DNA of 63,897 nt, filler included, from Candidatus Methanoxibalbensis ujae (lineage in GTDB: Archaea > Halobacteriota > Syntropharchaeia > Alkanophagales > Methanospirareceae), in assembly GCA_026134085.1 (NCBI GenBank). It is 4 parts of 4 records of this genome, joined end to end, with 100 filler letters (N's around TTAATTAATTAA, not from the genome) between each part and the next. Parts side by side here need not be neighbours in the genome. Positions count along the whole stretch, not along the records: positions 37,506 to 51,906 come from JAOQIN010000042.1; positions 52,007 to 63,897 come from JAOQIN010000052.1; 2 more parts are not named here. One strand, 5' to 3'. Shown here one piece after another: positions 50,130 to 60,547 of the stretch. The notes below the pieces were generated by a model. The model was given only the letters and a program-made list of their open reading frames with translations. It was not told the origin of the DNA and made no database searches. The translations under genes were made by a program, and so were the position numbers. Position 1 is the first letter of the stretch. Each line of letters opens with the position of its first letter.

Positions 50130-51289
50130 AAATATTGTTTGTGCCAAGTTGGTATCCGAATGAGAAGAATCCAATATCTGGGAACTTCGTCAAGGAAATT
50201 GCGAAAGCCCTTTCTTTATATGATGATGTCGTTGTTATTCATGCGTTTCCCGACAAATCGGGCGGATTTTATGATAATATAGAGGAAGGAGTAAGGGTCA
50301 TTAGAGTGAAATTCAGGAATCTACCATTTCTCACGCATTTCCAATATTTCATTTCAATATTTAAAGCATTCAAAAAGGTAAAGAAGGAATTGGGGCGTAT
50401 AGATGTAATAAATGCTCATGTTTATTATCCTGCGGGGTTATCAGCACTGGTTTTAGGAAAAATCTACAAAATTCCTGTCGTAATAACGGAGCATGCTGAG
50501 ATAATAGACAGATATAAGCAAGGCAGACTCAAGTATCTTAAGGACGCTTTGAGGATAATGATTGCAAAATTTGTTTTTAGGAAGACGAACTTGATTATTA
50601 CTGTGAGTTATTCATTGCAGAAACATATAAAATCATTTGGAATTGAAAATGATTATGCAGTGGTGCCGAATGTCATAAACATTGATTTTTTTAAACAAGA
50701 GAGTAAAAAGGGAGAGAAAGACGAGGGGAAAGAAGAGAATATAAAAAGAATAATCTTTATCGGGGGACTCACACCACAAAAAGGAGTTCCATACTTGCTT
50801 GAAGCGTTGAAAATAATCAAAAACAGGGGAAGAAGTGATTTTTTCATGCATATTATCGGTGATGGCCCATTTAGAGGAAAGTATGAGGAAATGGCGAAGG
50901 ATATGGAAATAAATGATCAGGTGAGATTTCATGGAAAGGTGATAGGCGAAGATAAGTTAAGATTATTGAAGGAATCCGATTTCATGGTGCTTCCGAGTTT
51001 GTATGAGTCGTTTGGTGTCGTTCTTTTAGAAGCGATGGCATGCGGTAAGCCCGTTATAACAACTTCCAGCGGAGGTCAGAAGGAGTTTGTGAACGAAAAT
51101 ACAGGCATTCTTGTTCCACCGAAGGATGCAAACGCATTGGCGGATGCGATTGAATACATGCTTGATCACTGCCACGAATACTCGCCGCAGAAATTACACG
51201 AGTATGTGAGGGAAAATTTCAGTTACAAAAAAATTGGAAGGCAGTTACATGAAATATACGAGGGCGTGAGGGATAAATGGGGAAAATAA
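50126..51289 (+). CDS. GT4-family glycosyltransferase
   Basis: PSWYP, TEH, KG...LLEA, ESFGVVLLEAMACGKPVI. Confidence 0.9.
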   Translation: MKILFVPSWYPNEKNPISGNFVKEIAKALSLYDDVVVIHAFPDKSGGFYDNIEEGVRVIRVKFRNLPFLTHFQYFISIFKAFKKVKKELGRIDVINAHVYYPAGLSALVLGKIYKIPVVITEHAEIIDRYKQGRLKYLKDALRIMIAKFVFRKTNLIITVSYSLQKHIKSFGIENDYAVVPNVINIDFFKQESKKGEKDEGKEENIKRIIFIGGLTPQKGVPYLLEALKIIKNRGRSDFFMHIIGDGPFRGKYEEMAKDMEINDQVRFHGKVIGEDKLRLLKESDFMVLPSLYESFGVVLLEAMACGKPVITTSSGGQKEFVNENTGILVPPKDANALADAIEYMLDHCHEYSPQKLHEYVRENFSYKKIGRQLHEIYEGVRDKWGK

Positions 51290-51744
51290 GGGACTTATAC
51301 TTACAGATATCACATTTACTTGCGATGAACATTCCATTTGGAAGAATAAAGAGGGCATTATATAGGATGAGAGGTTCAAAGATTGCGGATAAAGTTGATA
51401 TAGCATCCGGAGTTTTCATAGAGGAATCGTATCCCGAGCTTGTTGAGATTGAGGAGAATGTAGATATAGGACCGAATGTGATAATCGTTGCTCATGACAC
51501 GAGCTACCATTGCGTTCAACCTGATATTCCGATGCTTAAGAAGCGTGTTGTGATTAAAAGGAACGCATACATAGGAGCAGGCGCAATAATTCTTCCCGGA
51601 GTTACCATTGGTGAGCATTCTATTGTTGCTGCTGGTGCGGTCGTGACGAAAGATGTGCCCCCTCGCACAATTGTCGCTGGCGTCCCTGCGAGAGTGGTAG
51701 GCTCAATAGATGAGAAGATTGCGAAAATGAAAGGGGAAGCGTGA
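51277..51744 (+). CDS. Hexapeptide-repeat O-acyltransferase
   Basis: IGAGAIILPGVTIG...VAAGAVVTKDVPP...AGVPAR. Confidence 0.9.
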   Translation: MGKIRDLYLQISHLLAMNIPFGRIKRALYRMRGSKIADKVDIASGVFIEESYPELVEIEENVDIGPNVIIVAHDTSYHCVQPDIPMLKKRVVIKRNAYIGAGAIILPGVTIGEHSIVAAGAVVTKDVPPRTIVAGVPARVVGSIDEKIAKMKGEA

Positions 51745-51754
51745 ATGAAGAAAA

Positions 51755-51906
51755 ATGGAAATAGAGCTGAAAATAGCGGAAGATGAGAAAGAATGGGATG
51801 AACTTGTGAATAGGTCGCCACATGGTTATATATTTCACACGTGGAGATGGCTTAAGATAGTTGAGAAGCACACGAATAGCAGACTATATCCGCTCATAGG
51901 TATGAA
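51755..51906 (+). CDS. Second GNAT/FemAB-like protein, 5' fragment at contig end
   Basis: Paralog of 49119-50129; the last 77 nt are identical to 49197-49273. Confidence 0.8.
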
Positions 51907-52006
51907 NNNNNNNNNNNNNNNNNNNNNNNNNNNNNNNNNNNNNNNNNNNNTTAATTAATTAANNNNNNNNNNNNNNNNNNNNNNNNNNNNNNNNNNNNNN
52001 NNNNNN
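51907..52006. other. Artificial contig linker
   Basis: 44 N + TTAATTAATTAA + 44 N. Confidence 0.98.
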
Positions 52007-52007
52007 G

Positions 52008-52085
52008 CTTGAGGAGGAGGCAAAATTCCTTGAAGAGCAGCTGCATCAAATAAAACAGCGCCTTTCAGAGCTGAAAAGGGAGTGA
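52008..52085 (+). CDS. 3' end of a DUF5320-like coiled-coil protein
   Basis: LEEEAKFLEEQLHQIKQRLSELKRE*; this family typically precedes NifX/MinD-ferredoxin clusters. Confidence 0.5.
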   Translation, partial: LEEEAKFLEEQLHQIKQRLSELKRE

Positions 52086-52165
52086 GTGCCTCTTCCTCCC
52101 TTTTTTCTTTTTTCACCGTTTCTCGTTGTGTAATGTAAATTGGATGTAGGAGGTGTGGCAACGAA

Positions 52166-52525
52166 ATGAAGGTATGTGTCAGTGCAACGGATGGAAATTT
52201 AGATGCAAAAATTGATTCAAGGTTCGGCAGATGCAGATATTTTGTCGTTGTTGATGTAGAAACAATGGAATATGAATCATTTAGGAACGAATATGCGGAA
52301 GGTATGGGCGGTGTTGGCATAAAATCAGCGCAATTTGTTGCAGAGTTGGGAGCGGATGCACTCATATCCTCAAATATAGGTCCTAATGCACTTCAGGCGC
52401 TGCTCGCCGCAGGTGTAAAGGTCTTCGCTTCGCCACCGGAGGCGACTGTGCGAGAGGCAGTTGAGCAGTTCAGGAGAGGGGTGCTGAGCGAGCTGAAAGC
52501 GCCCACGCAGCGAGGTGGTGTGTGA
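52166..52525 (+). CDS. NifB/NifX-family (orange-protein-like) small protein
   Basis: SRFGRCRYF, GGVGI, NIGPNA. Confidence 0.88.
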   Translation: MKVCVSATDGNLDAKIDSRFGRCRYFVVVDVETMEYESFRNEYAEGMGGVGIKSAQFVAELGADALISSNIGPNALQALLAAGVKVFASPPEATVREAVEQFRRGVLSELKAPTQRGGV

Positions 52526-53014
52526 GTGAAGGACGAGTTTGATGAAATAGTGCGAATTGAGGAGGAAATAAGGAGAAGGGAGAAGGAAGACTACACTGAT
52601 AAAGCACTTGAGGAGGCATACAATCCGAAAAATGTTGGCAGGATTGAGAATGCTGACTGCTTTGGTAGGGTTACAGGCTCGTGCGGAGACACGATGGAGA
52701 TATACATGCGTGTGATTGACGGTGTAATTGAGGACTGCAAGTTCATGACGGATGGATGCGGTGCGACAATTGCATGTGGAAGTGTCCTGACAGAGATGCT
52801 GAAGGGTAAAACGCTTGAAGAGGCCGCGAGAATAAAGGCGGAGGACATTTTGAGTGTATTGGGCGGACTCCCGCCTGAAAACCTGCACTGCCCCGTTCTT
52901 GCGGTGAGCACGCTGAATGCCGCACTTGAGAACTTCCGAAAGCAGCGAGATTTCCGAAAGCAGCGAGAGGCGGAGAGTGAGCGTGATTTGAGGAGTGAGC
53001 AGGAGGGGATGTGA
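52526..53014 (+). CDS. IscU/NifU-N Fe-S scaffold protein
   Basis: NPKNVG, GSCGD, GCGATIA.GS, LGGLP..NLHC. Confidence 0.88.
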   Translation: MKDEFDEIVRIEEEIRRREKEDYTDKALEEAYNPKNVGRIENADCFGRVTGSCGDTMEIYMRVIDGVIEDCKFMTDGCGATIACGSVLTEMLKGKTLEEAARIKAEDILSVLGGLPPENLHCPVLAVSTLNAALENFRKQRDFRKQREAESERDLRSEQEGM

Positions 53015-53439
53015 TAGAAATGAGAGACGGGATCAAGGTTGCGATTCCTACATACAAAGGAGGTTTAGACGATGTGGTGTGTGAGCATTTCGGCAGAGCG
53101 CCGACATTTACAGTGGTGGACCTCGCCTCCAACAGGTTTAAGATTGTGCCCAACACGGGGGAGCATTTCGGAGGCTCTCGCCACGCACCTGAAATTCTTG
53201 CTGCTGAAGGCGTTTCTGCGGTTATATGCTCAAATCTCGGTCCTCGTGCGATTCAGATGCTCTCCGAGCTCGGCATTAAAGTCTTCGTCGGCGCCTCAGG
53301 GACGGTGAGAGATGCACTGCGGGATTTCACCGCTGGCAGGCTCCGTGAAGCATCATACGAGGACGCTTGCAGAGACGCCCGGCACGCTGCTGCTGAATGG
53401 CACTCCAGATGGAGAAGCGGCGGAGGAATGTGGTGGTAG
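53011..53439 (+). CDS. NifB/NifX-family protein
   Basis: EHFGRAPTF, LGPRA. Confidence 0.88.
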   Translation: MIEMRDGIKVAIPTYKGGLDDVVCEHFGRAPTFTVVDLASNRFKIVPNTGEHFGGSRHAPEILAAEGVSAVICSNLGPRAIQMLSELGIKVFVGASGTVRDALRDFTAGRLREASYEDACRDARHAAAEWHSRWRSGGGMWW

Positions 53440-53535
53440 TGCTGCGTGTGGTGGAGAGTGGGCGGCTTTGCGAGTGAAGCCTGCTGATGCCTCCTGCGTG
53501 GTGCACCGGGCGGCATTAGTGGGAAGAATGAATCA

Positions 53536-54453
53536 GTGAGGAGAATGATTCTATCGGTTGCAAGCGGAAAGGGAGGCACTGGCAAGACGACCGTTGCGGT
53601 GAACCTCGCAATCTCACTCGCACTCGCAGGAAAACCCGTTCTTTTTCTGGACTGCGATGTTGAAGAGCCGAATGCACACATTTTTCTGAAGCCTTCTGTG
53701 GAGAAGGAGCTGAAAGTTTTTGTGAAGGTTCCAGCAGTTGACGAGTCAGAATGCGATTTCTGCGGTGAATGCTCAAAGTTCTGTGCGTTCAATGCCATGT
53801 TTGTGGTGCGACCCTCTGAAAATATGCGGGGGAAAGTGCTGATTTTCAACGAGCTCTGCCATGGTTGCGGTGGTTGCATGCTTGTCTGCCCGAGGAATGC
53901 GATTTCAGAGCGGAATCGTGAGGTCGGCATCGTGAAACGGGGTAGAGCAACAGTGCCAGTGGCGGAAGGCGTGAGCGTCGCAAATATTGAGATTGTTTTC
54001 GGCGAGCTTCGGTTGGGAGAGCCCTCACCTGTGCCTGTCGTGAGAGCGGTGAAGGATGCGTTGAAATCCCCGTCCATTGTGGTGATTGACGCTCCTCCAG
54101 GGACTTCCTGCCCGGTTGTTCATTCCGTTTTTGGAAGCGACTACTGCATTCTCGTCTCAGAGCCGACACCGTTCGGACGCCACGACTTGAAGCTGATGGT
54201 GGATGTTTTGCGTGATTTGAAAATTCCTTTCGGCGTAGTTTTGAACCGTTCGGGTGTCGTAAGCACTGAAAAATCACAAATTCACGAATACTGCGAGCGG
54301 GAAGATATTGAAATTCTGCTTGAAATACCTCACGAGAGGAGAATTGCGGAGCTTTATGCGAATGGAATCCCATTTGTGCTTGAAATGAGAGAGTGGCAGC
54401 CGAAATTCAACGAAATGTTTGAGAAAATTTGCGAGAGATTGCGCAACTCTTAA
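53536..54453 (+). CDS. MinD-like P-loop ATPase with inserted 2x4Fe-4S domain (COG1149)
   Basis: [17 protein letters not shown], two ferredoxin motifs, [17 protein letters not shown]. Confidence 0.9.
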   Translation: MRRMILSVASGKGGTGKTTVAVNLAISLALAGKPVLFLDCDVEEPNAHIFLKPSVEKELKVFVKVPAVDESECDFCGECSKFCAFNAMFVVRPSENMRGKVLIFNELCHGCGGCMLVCPRNAISERNREVGIVKRGRATVPVAEGVSVANIEIVFGELRLGEPSPVPVVRAVKDALKSPSIVVIDAPPGTSCPVVHSVFGSDYCILVSEPTPFGRHDLKLMVDVLRDLKIPFGVVLNRSGVVSTEKSQIHEYCEREDIEILLEIPHERRIAELYANGIPFVLEMREWQPKFNEMFEKICERLRNS

Positions 54454-54509
54454 CAACGCTCTCACTTCTTTCCCCTCATTTCCCCTTCCTCTTTCCACCT
54501 TCGCTCAAA

Positions 54510-55493
54510 ATGAAACAAATAGCTGTGTTGAGCGGTAAAGGAGGAACAGGAAAAACAATAATTGCGGCATCATTTGCAGTTTTAGCGTCAGAAAGGCACA
54601 GAATAGTTGTTGCTGACTGCGATGTAGAGGCATCAAACATGCATATTTTGCTCAAACCCGTGAGGTTGAATGAGCGAAATGTTTTTAAAGGCTCAAAGGT
54701 TGCGGTTCTTGATGCTGAGAAGTGTGTGAATTGCGGTGCTTGCGAGGAAGTATGCAGGTTCGGAGCGATAAGTCGCAGAGGCAGTCTCAGAGGCATGAGC
54801 AAGGGATGCGAGGGAGGAAAAGGGGTGGTGCATGAGCCGGATGAGCCGGAGGAGAGCAAGGAGAGTGAATACAAGATTCAGGAGATTTTCTGCGAGGGTT
54901 GTGGCGTTTGCGCTTTTGTATGTCCTGCGGATGCGTTGAGCGTTGCGGAAAAAGATTCAGGCGAAATATTTGTTTCGGATGTGAGATGTGGTGGAGGAGC
55001 AAAGGTGAAAATGGTGCATGCCTCACTGAAAGCAGGCGAAGAAGCCTCTGGAAAGCTCGTCTCGGAGGTGAGGCGGAGGGCGTCTGAGATTGCCCTTGCG
55101 GAGAAAAGCGAGATTGTTTTGATAGATGGGCCTCCTGGCGTTGGATGCCCTGTGATCGCGTCGCTAACTGGCGTTGACCTTGCTGTTCTCGTTGCTGAGC
55201 CGACGAAGACCGGAGTGCATGACCTGAAGCGTGTGCTTGCGGTTGCGAGGCACTTCGGCGTGAATGCTGTGGTATGCGTGAACAAGAGCGATTTGAACGC
55301 AGAGCTCACGGCTGAGATTGAGCGCTTCTGCGCAGAAGAGGGTGTGAAAATGCTCGGATGCATCCCTTACGATGAAACAGTTTTTGAAGCGGTCTCAGCA
55401 TGTGAGCCTGTTGTTTCGTTTCGCAGCGAAAGCAGGGCGTCAGTCGCAATAAAAGCGGTGTGGGAGAGGATTGAGGATATATTGAGATTTTGA
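54510..55493 (+). CDS. Second COG1149 P-loop ATPase with ferredoxin domain
   Basis: [43 protein letters not shown]. Confidence 0.9.
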   Translation: MKQIAVLSGKGGTGKTIIAASFAVLASERHRIVVADCDVEASNMHILLKPVRLNERNVFKGSKVAVLDAEKCVNCGACEEVCRFGAISRRGSLRGMSKGCEGGKGVVHEPDEPEESKESEYKIQEIFCEGCGVCAFVCPADALSVAEKDSGEIFVSDVRCGGGAKVKMVHASLKAGEEASGKLVSEVRRRASEIALAEKSEIVLIDGPPGVGCPVIASLTGVDLAVLVAEPTKTGVHDLKRVLAVARHFGVNAVVCVNKSDLNAELTAEIERFCAEEGVKMLGCIPYDETVFEAVSACEPVVSFRSESRASVAIKAVWERIEDILRF

Positions 55494-55888
55494 TGGATGC
55501 TGCCTTTGCTGCTGATGACTGTGGACTGTGAGCTTCACGACATAGATGTCCCATGTTCTCCACTCACAGGCTTCTGTCAGAGTGGGACTTGAGGCCGCAG
55601 GAGTTGAGGTCATCCCTCACGGAGTCGCAATGAACTGCTCGCGGAGATGCCGGCGCTCCCTTTTTTCAGAGAGGCAGTCAAAGAGGCAGAACAGATGAAA
55701 GCGTGGCTACATCGCCGCGCAGTGACATCGGTCGCAGCTCCTTCCTCAGCCGGCGGCTGGAGTGAACACTCAGGCAGGGACGCTCAGACATCGATGAAAA
55801 GCTTCGTTGCTGAGTGAGGAAGATGCGTTGCACAGGATTTTGAATCCGGGAAGGTGTTGAATTTGCGGAAACTGTTTTGACGCAAAAT

Positions 55889-55950
55889 GACAACTGACGC
55901 AGAGCTACAACTGACGCAGAGCAACAACTGACACAGAACAACAACTGATG
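55889..55950 (+). repeat. Tandem repeat (ACAACTGACGCAGAGC-like), about four copies
   Basis: Visible in the intergenic region. Confidence 0.8.
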
Positions 55951-56017
55951 CAAAATGACGACAGAGGCAACAATAACAGCATCCCGAATATGTCCGGCAA
56001 GCGCCCTCACTCAATTC

Positions 56018-57706
56018 TCAGCCATGCAAGCTCTCATCATTCTGTTGCAATGTGAGCATTTTCCTGTATTTCCGCAAGAACCCTATGGCGGGCTTTTCTA
56101 TCCTCCGTCCTTCTTTTTTCAAGCGCTCAATCCTCGCTTTCAGCTCCTCATCGCTGATTTTCACATGCAACTTTCGTTTGGGAATATCTATCTCAATGAT
56201 ATCTCCATCCTCAAGTGCTGCTATAGGTCCAAAATCATACGCTTCTGGAGCGACATGCCCTATGCAGGGACCTCGTGTGCCACCGCTGAACCTCCCATCC
56301 GTGATGAGCGCAACACTTTCGGAGAGACCCATTCCGGCAATCAGACTTGTTGGTCCGAGCATTTCTCTCATTCCTGGACCCCCTTTGGGACCCTCGTATC
56401 GGATGACAACAACATCGCCCTCAGATATCCTGTCATCAGATATCGCGGCGTTCGCCTCCTCCTCTGAGTTGAAAACCCTGGCATTTCCGGTGAATCTCAG
56501 CATTCTCTCTGAGACTGCCGTCTGCTTGACGACAGCGCCCTCAGGTGCGAGATTTCCATACAGGATTGCGATAGCTCCTTTTTTATGGAATGGTCTGTCA
56601 AGGCTTCTCACAATTTCTTCATCCTTTATATCAGCTGTGGCTGCTATATCAGCGATGTGACGACCTGAAACTGTGTATGTGTTTTTCAACTTTCCAGCAT
56701 CTGAAAGCCGCCTGAGCACCGCAGGCATTCCGCCAGCACTGTGTATATCCTCAAGAAAGTGCACACCTCCCGGCCGCACATCAAGTATCTGCGGAGTGTC
56801 CTCAGATAAATCATTGAACTTTGTGAGCGGAAGATGTATTCCGAACGCATCAGCGATCGCTTTGAGATGGAGCACTGCATTTGTTGAGCCACCTATCGCC
56901 ATCAAAACCCTGACCGCATTCTCAAAGGTATCTTCAGTGACTATATCACGGGGTTTTATGTCGTGGAGCGCGAGTTCAACCGCTCTGACTCCTGTTTCAT
57001 ATGCTATTTCAAGCCTTTCCTCATGTGGAGCTGGTGTTGTTGCGCAGAAAGGCATGGAGAGCCCCATGGCCTCAGTGATGCAAGCCATCGTGTTCGCAGT
57101 GAACATGCCAGCACATGCACCTTCTCCCGGACATGCGTTTCGCTCTATGTCGGCAAGGTCCTCCTCGGATATCATATGCTTTCTGAATGCACCGAGCGCC
57201 TCAAATATGTGAATGAGGTCTATGCGATTCGACGTGCTGTCTGTGCGGTTTTCAGTGCTGCGCCCTGCGAGCATGGGGCCGCCTGTCATGATCACACATG
57301 GCACATTCACACGACCTGCGGCTATGAGCATTCCGGGCGTTATCTTATCGCAGTTTGTGATGCCAACCCACGCATCTGCTGCATAGGAGCACACCATCAT
57401 CTCAATGCAGTCCGCAATCAGATCTCTTGAGGGAAGCGAGTATTTCATACCCTCAGTCGCCATGACGATCCCATCGCATATCGCAGGCACGCCAAAGCGC
57501 ATCGGAACGCCTCCAGCATCCCTCACGCCCCTCGCAACTTCATCGGAAAGCCTTCTCAGATGTATGTGCCCGGGCACAAGCTCGCTCCACGAATCAGCAA
57601 TAAGCACAAAGGGCTTTTCAAAATCCTCATCACGCAACCCCAACGCACGCAGCAGACCTCGCGCAGGCGCTCGCTCCAGCTCCTTCTTTATCACATCACT
57701 GCGCAT
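56018..57706 (-). CDS. ilvD: Dihydroxy-acid dehydratase
   Basis: [52 protein letters not shown]. Confidence 0.96.
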   Translation of the reverse strand: MRSDVIKKELERAPARGLLRALGLRDEDFEKPFVLIADSWSELVPGHIHLRRLSDEVARGVRDAGGVPMRFGVPAICDGIVMATEGMKYSLPSRDLIADCIEMMVCSYAADAWVGITNCDKITPGMLIAAGRVNVPCVIMTGGPMLAGRSTENRTDSTSNRIDLIHIFEALGAFRKHMISEEDLADIERNACPGEGACAGMFTANTMACITEAMGLSMPFCATTPAPHEERLEIAYETGVRAVELALHDIKPRDIVTEDTFENAVRVLMAIGGSTNAVLHLKAIADAFGIHLPLTKFNDLSEDTPQILDVRPGGVHFLEDIHSAGGMPAVLRRLSDAGKLKNTYTVSGRHIADIAATADIKDEEIVRSLDRPFHKKGAIAILYGNLAPEGAVVKQTAVSERMLRFTGNARVFNSEEEANAAISDDRISEGDVVVIRYEGPKGGPGMREMLGPTSLIAGMGLSESVALITDGRFSGGTRGPCIGHVAPEAYDFGPIAALEDGDIIEIDIPKRKLHVKISDEELKARIERLKKEGRRIEKPAIGFLRKYRKMLTLQQNDESLHG

Positions 57707-57805
57707 TTGTACCCCTCCTCACTCCTTTCCTCACTCCTTTCCTCCTCGTCTTCTCGCTCTTTGCTTTTTATTTGAAAGCGATTGGTATCCGGCGGCGGTC
57801 CGGCA

Positions 57806-58183
57806 TCATTCAACCCGCACTCTCATCTTTCTCTTCCTTTTAGGCAGGAATATCTGCAGGATTCCATCCTTCAGTGTTGCCCGTGCCCTATCAGGATCAA
57901 CAGGCTCCGGCAGTTTCACGACCTTTACGAACGATTCAAAAGCTATACGACGCTGAACACATCCCCATCGCTCCCACAAAACCGCTTCCCGCATCTTCGC
58001 CGATATCTCCACGGTGTCATCAGTCATCTTCAGCTCAACATCTTCCTTGCGCACATTCGGCAGGTCAAATGTCAGGACAAACGAATCACCGCGGTCCTCC
58101 AAGTCATACAACGGCTCAAGATTGCCGTCCTCCCTCCATGTTGCACGCAGTAACCAACGCACCGCATCATCCTTCTCCTCCAC
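57806..58183 (-). CDS. Small heat-shock protein Hsp20
   Basis: EPLYD, DLPNVRKEDV, LPEPVDP..A.ATLKDGIL; GTG 58183 with GAGGTGA RBS preferred. Confidence 0.85.
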   Translation of the reverse strand: MEEKDDAVRWLLRATWREDGNLEPLYDLEDRGDSFVLTFDLPNVRKEDVELKMTDDTVEISAKMREAVLWERWGCVQRRIAFESFVKVVKLPEPVDPDRARATLKDGILQIFLPKRKRKMRVRVE

Positions 58184-58382
58184 CTCACTCACCTCATCTA
58201 CTGTAATCACCTCATCTACTATAATCAATTCATTAATGACAGCAATGGCGGAATAACACAATGAAACCGGCACTCCTGCTCTCAGGCGCTTGCCGTCATC
58301 CTCTTCAGAAAAACATACAGCCCATATCCCCGAGAAGACCGAGAAAAATGAAAGAAGAAGAAATGAAAGAAAGAAGAAGATT

Positions 58383-59603
58383 TCACAATTTATTCTGCCA
58401 TTTCTTTTTTGAGAGAATGAGGACATCCAATGCGGGCAGTCGCTCGCCTGAGAGGAATTTGAGCAAAGCACCTCCCGCGAGGCTTACATATGAGAACGCG
58501 CTCTTTTCTATGCCCACAGCGTTCAATGCGGTTGTTGTGTCTCCACCGCCTATGAGTGAGAATGTGTTCATATTCGCAACTGCGCCAAATATTTTTTTTG
58601 TTCCCTCTGCGAACATCTCGTTCTCATAAACTCCGGCAGGACCCTTTATGAGGATGGCATCTGCTGATCTCAATATTGAGATGTATTCATCGCATGTTCG
58701 TCCGCCGATATCATAGATGCGCACTGCATTGCCGAACTTGCTCAGCTCATCCACCGGCACTTCAACACGCTCTCCATCAACATTCAGCGCAACATCATCA
58801 GGCAATTTTATTTTTTCGGCGTTCTTCATGCGAAGTATATCACCAGCCAATCTCACATATTCATCTTCAACATCGCTTTCAACCCCTTTCTCAGCGCTCA
58901 GGAACGCGTTAGCCACCCTCCCGGCGGTGAGTATGATGCTTGATTTACTGCTTATCTGATTTTTTATAAAAGGCAGAACATCCCCCAACTTTCCGCCGCC
59001 GAGCATGTAAACGCATCTGCCCCTCATTTCCATCTCAACAAACTTCGTCAGTGATCCAAGCTCCTCCTCCGTGACGAGCCCGATTCCAGATGGCATCACC
59101 ATGGGAAATCCGACGAGCGATGCATGTGCGCGGTGCGCTGTCTCAAATGCATCATTTATGTATATGTCGCACAGCGGCGAGAGCTTTCTCACGAAAATAG
59201 AAGATGCATGCTCATCAGGCGAACGAGCCAGCGTCTCTTCGGAGAGAATGCGCACATTTTCAAGAAGCAACACCTCCCCGTCCCACATGCCCGATATCGC
59301 ATCCCTCGCAGCAGGACCAATTATGTCATCCACATAAGTCACATTCACAAACCTCCGCAGCAACTCCGCATGCTGCTCCATCGTTATAAAACGATCGTCT
59401 CCCGGTCTTCCCTGATGCGATATCACCACTGTCTTCGCCCCTCTCTCCGAAAGATGAACAATTGTCTCAGCATGCCTCGCTATCTTCTCCGTCATGTGCA
59501 ACTTTCCACCGTCAACTCGTGAATTTATGTCAACTCTGAGTAAAACAGTCTTACCAACGACCTCTAATTCGTCTATCCGTAAGAATTCATCAACACTATA
59601 CAT
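58383..59603 (-). CDS. pgk: Phosphoglycerate kinase (archaeal)
   Basis: RVDINS, SHQGRPG, LLENVR, NDAF..AHR.HAS, LGGGK, GGGDT, SLAGGA. Confidence 0.95.
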   Translation of the reverse strand: MYSVDEFLRIDELEVVGKTVLLRVDINSRVDGGKLHMTEKIARHAETIVHLSERGAKTVVISHQGRPGDDRFITMEQHAELLRRFVNVTYVDDIIGPAARDAISGMWDGEVLLLENVRILSEETLARSPDEHASSIFVRKLSPLCDIYINDAFETAHRAHASLVGFPMVMPSGIGLVTEEELGSLTKFVEMEMRGRCVYMLGGGKLGDVLPFIKNQISSKSSIILTAGRVANAFLSAEKGVESDVEDEYVRLAGDILRMKNAEKIKLPDDVALNVDGERVEVPVDELSKFGNAVRIYDIGGRTCDEYISILRSADAILIKGPAGVYENEMFAEGTKKIFGAVANMNTFSLIGGGDTTTALNAVGIEKSAFSYVSLAGGALLKFLSGERLPALDVLILSKKKWQNKL

Positions 59604-59690
59604 AACCTCATCACCTATATCGCCGAATAATACTAATCTATATTCCTTTATATTTTTTTCCTTTCATTCCTGTTTCAGCTTTGTTCTGCC

Positions 59691-59734
59691 TCCGCTTTGT
59701 TCCGCCAGTCAGTCCGCTTTGTTCCGCCAGTCAG
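59691..59734 (+). repeat. 22-nt direct tandem duplication TCCGCTTTGTTCCGCCAGTCAG x2
   Basis: Directly visible. Confidence 0.85.
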
Positions 59735-59938
59735 TCAGCCGACAAAGGACCGACAGAGGATAATCTGAATAAATTTCAGCTCAGGAGTTTGAATGAGGCA
59801 CTTCGGCTTCCATTTTTTTTCTCTGCGTGGTAACAAGTGTTTCCAGATTCAGTGACTTCATTTCATTTTGCTCTGCGCTGAAATGCAGCGATTTTCAGCT
59901 TCTGACCGGAGTTTATAAGGCTACAATCGGAGTATGAT

Positions 59939-60184
59939 ATGAGTGCAATGTCAGAGCGGGGCGCGGCGGCGAGCAGAGACAGGGTGACGATAAAAATACC
60001 GAGGGAGCTGTATGAGAATCTGAAAGAGCACATAGAAGGCACCGGATTCTCAAGTGTCACGGAGTTCATTGTGTTTGTCATGCGGACGATCGTTTCAGGT
60101 GGGAAGTTGAGCGAGGATGACAAACTTACCGCTGAAGAGGTGCGTGCTGTCAGAGAGCGACTGCGCAGACTGGGATATCTCTGA
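59939..60184 (+). CDS. CopG/ribbon-helix-helix protein with C-terminal RLRRLGYL tail
   Basis: VTIKIPRELY....IEGTGFSSVTEFIVFVMR RHH pattern. Confidence 0.85.
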   Translation: MSAMSERGAAASRDRVTIKIPRELYENLKEHIEGTGFSSVTEFIVFVMRTIVSGGKLSEDDKLTAEEVRAVRERLRRLGYL

Positions 60185-60286
60185 TTTCTCCTTTCTCACC
60201 TCACCGCTTCGCCGCCGCGCTGAGTGCATGATTTGGTGATGATGTGGTGGCATGTGTGAGCATTTATGAGCATTGGGAGGAGGGGT

Positions 60287-60541
60287 ATGATGAGTGAAGA
60301 TGTGCGTGGTAAGAAAGCCGTTTTTCTGCCTGCCGAGATATACGAGCGAATAGAGGAGCGAGTTCGTGTGACTGAATTCAACTCTGTTGATGAGTATGTG
60401 GCGTTTGTGCTTGAAGAAGTGCTAAAGGCGGTATCTGAGGAGTCGGCGGATGTCGGAGGAGCGGGAGAGGAGGTATCGCTGAGCGAGGAGGAGGAGGAAG
60501 AAGTAAAGAGGCGTTTGAGGGCATTGGGCTATCTGGAATGA
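60287..60541 (+). CDS. Second CopG/RHH protein with C-terminal RLRALGYLE tail
   Basis: AVFLPAEIYERIEERV..TEFNSVDEYVAFVLEE, acidic linker. Confidence 0.85.
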   Translation: MMSEDVRGKKAVFLPAEIYERIEERVRVTEFNSVDEYVAFVLEEVLKAVSEESADVGGAGEEVSLSEEEEEEVKRRLRALGYLE

Positions 60542-60547
60542 GAGATA

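Noticed and set aside
52166..53439. Nitrogen fixation genes
   Set aside because: NifX-like and IscU domains occur widely without nitrogenase; there is no nifHDK here.
57806..58471. 221-aa Hsp20 as listed in the ORF track
   Set aside because: The extension overlaps the pgk 3' end and pyrimidine-rich spacer; GTG 58183 has a clear RBS.
5107..59734. Tandem repeats as CRISPR arrays
   Set aside because: Units are about 9-22 nt, head-to-tail, with no unique spacers.
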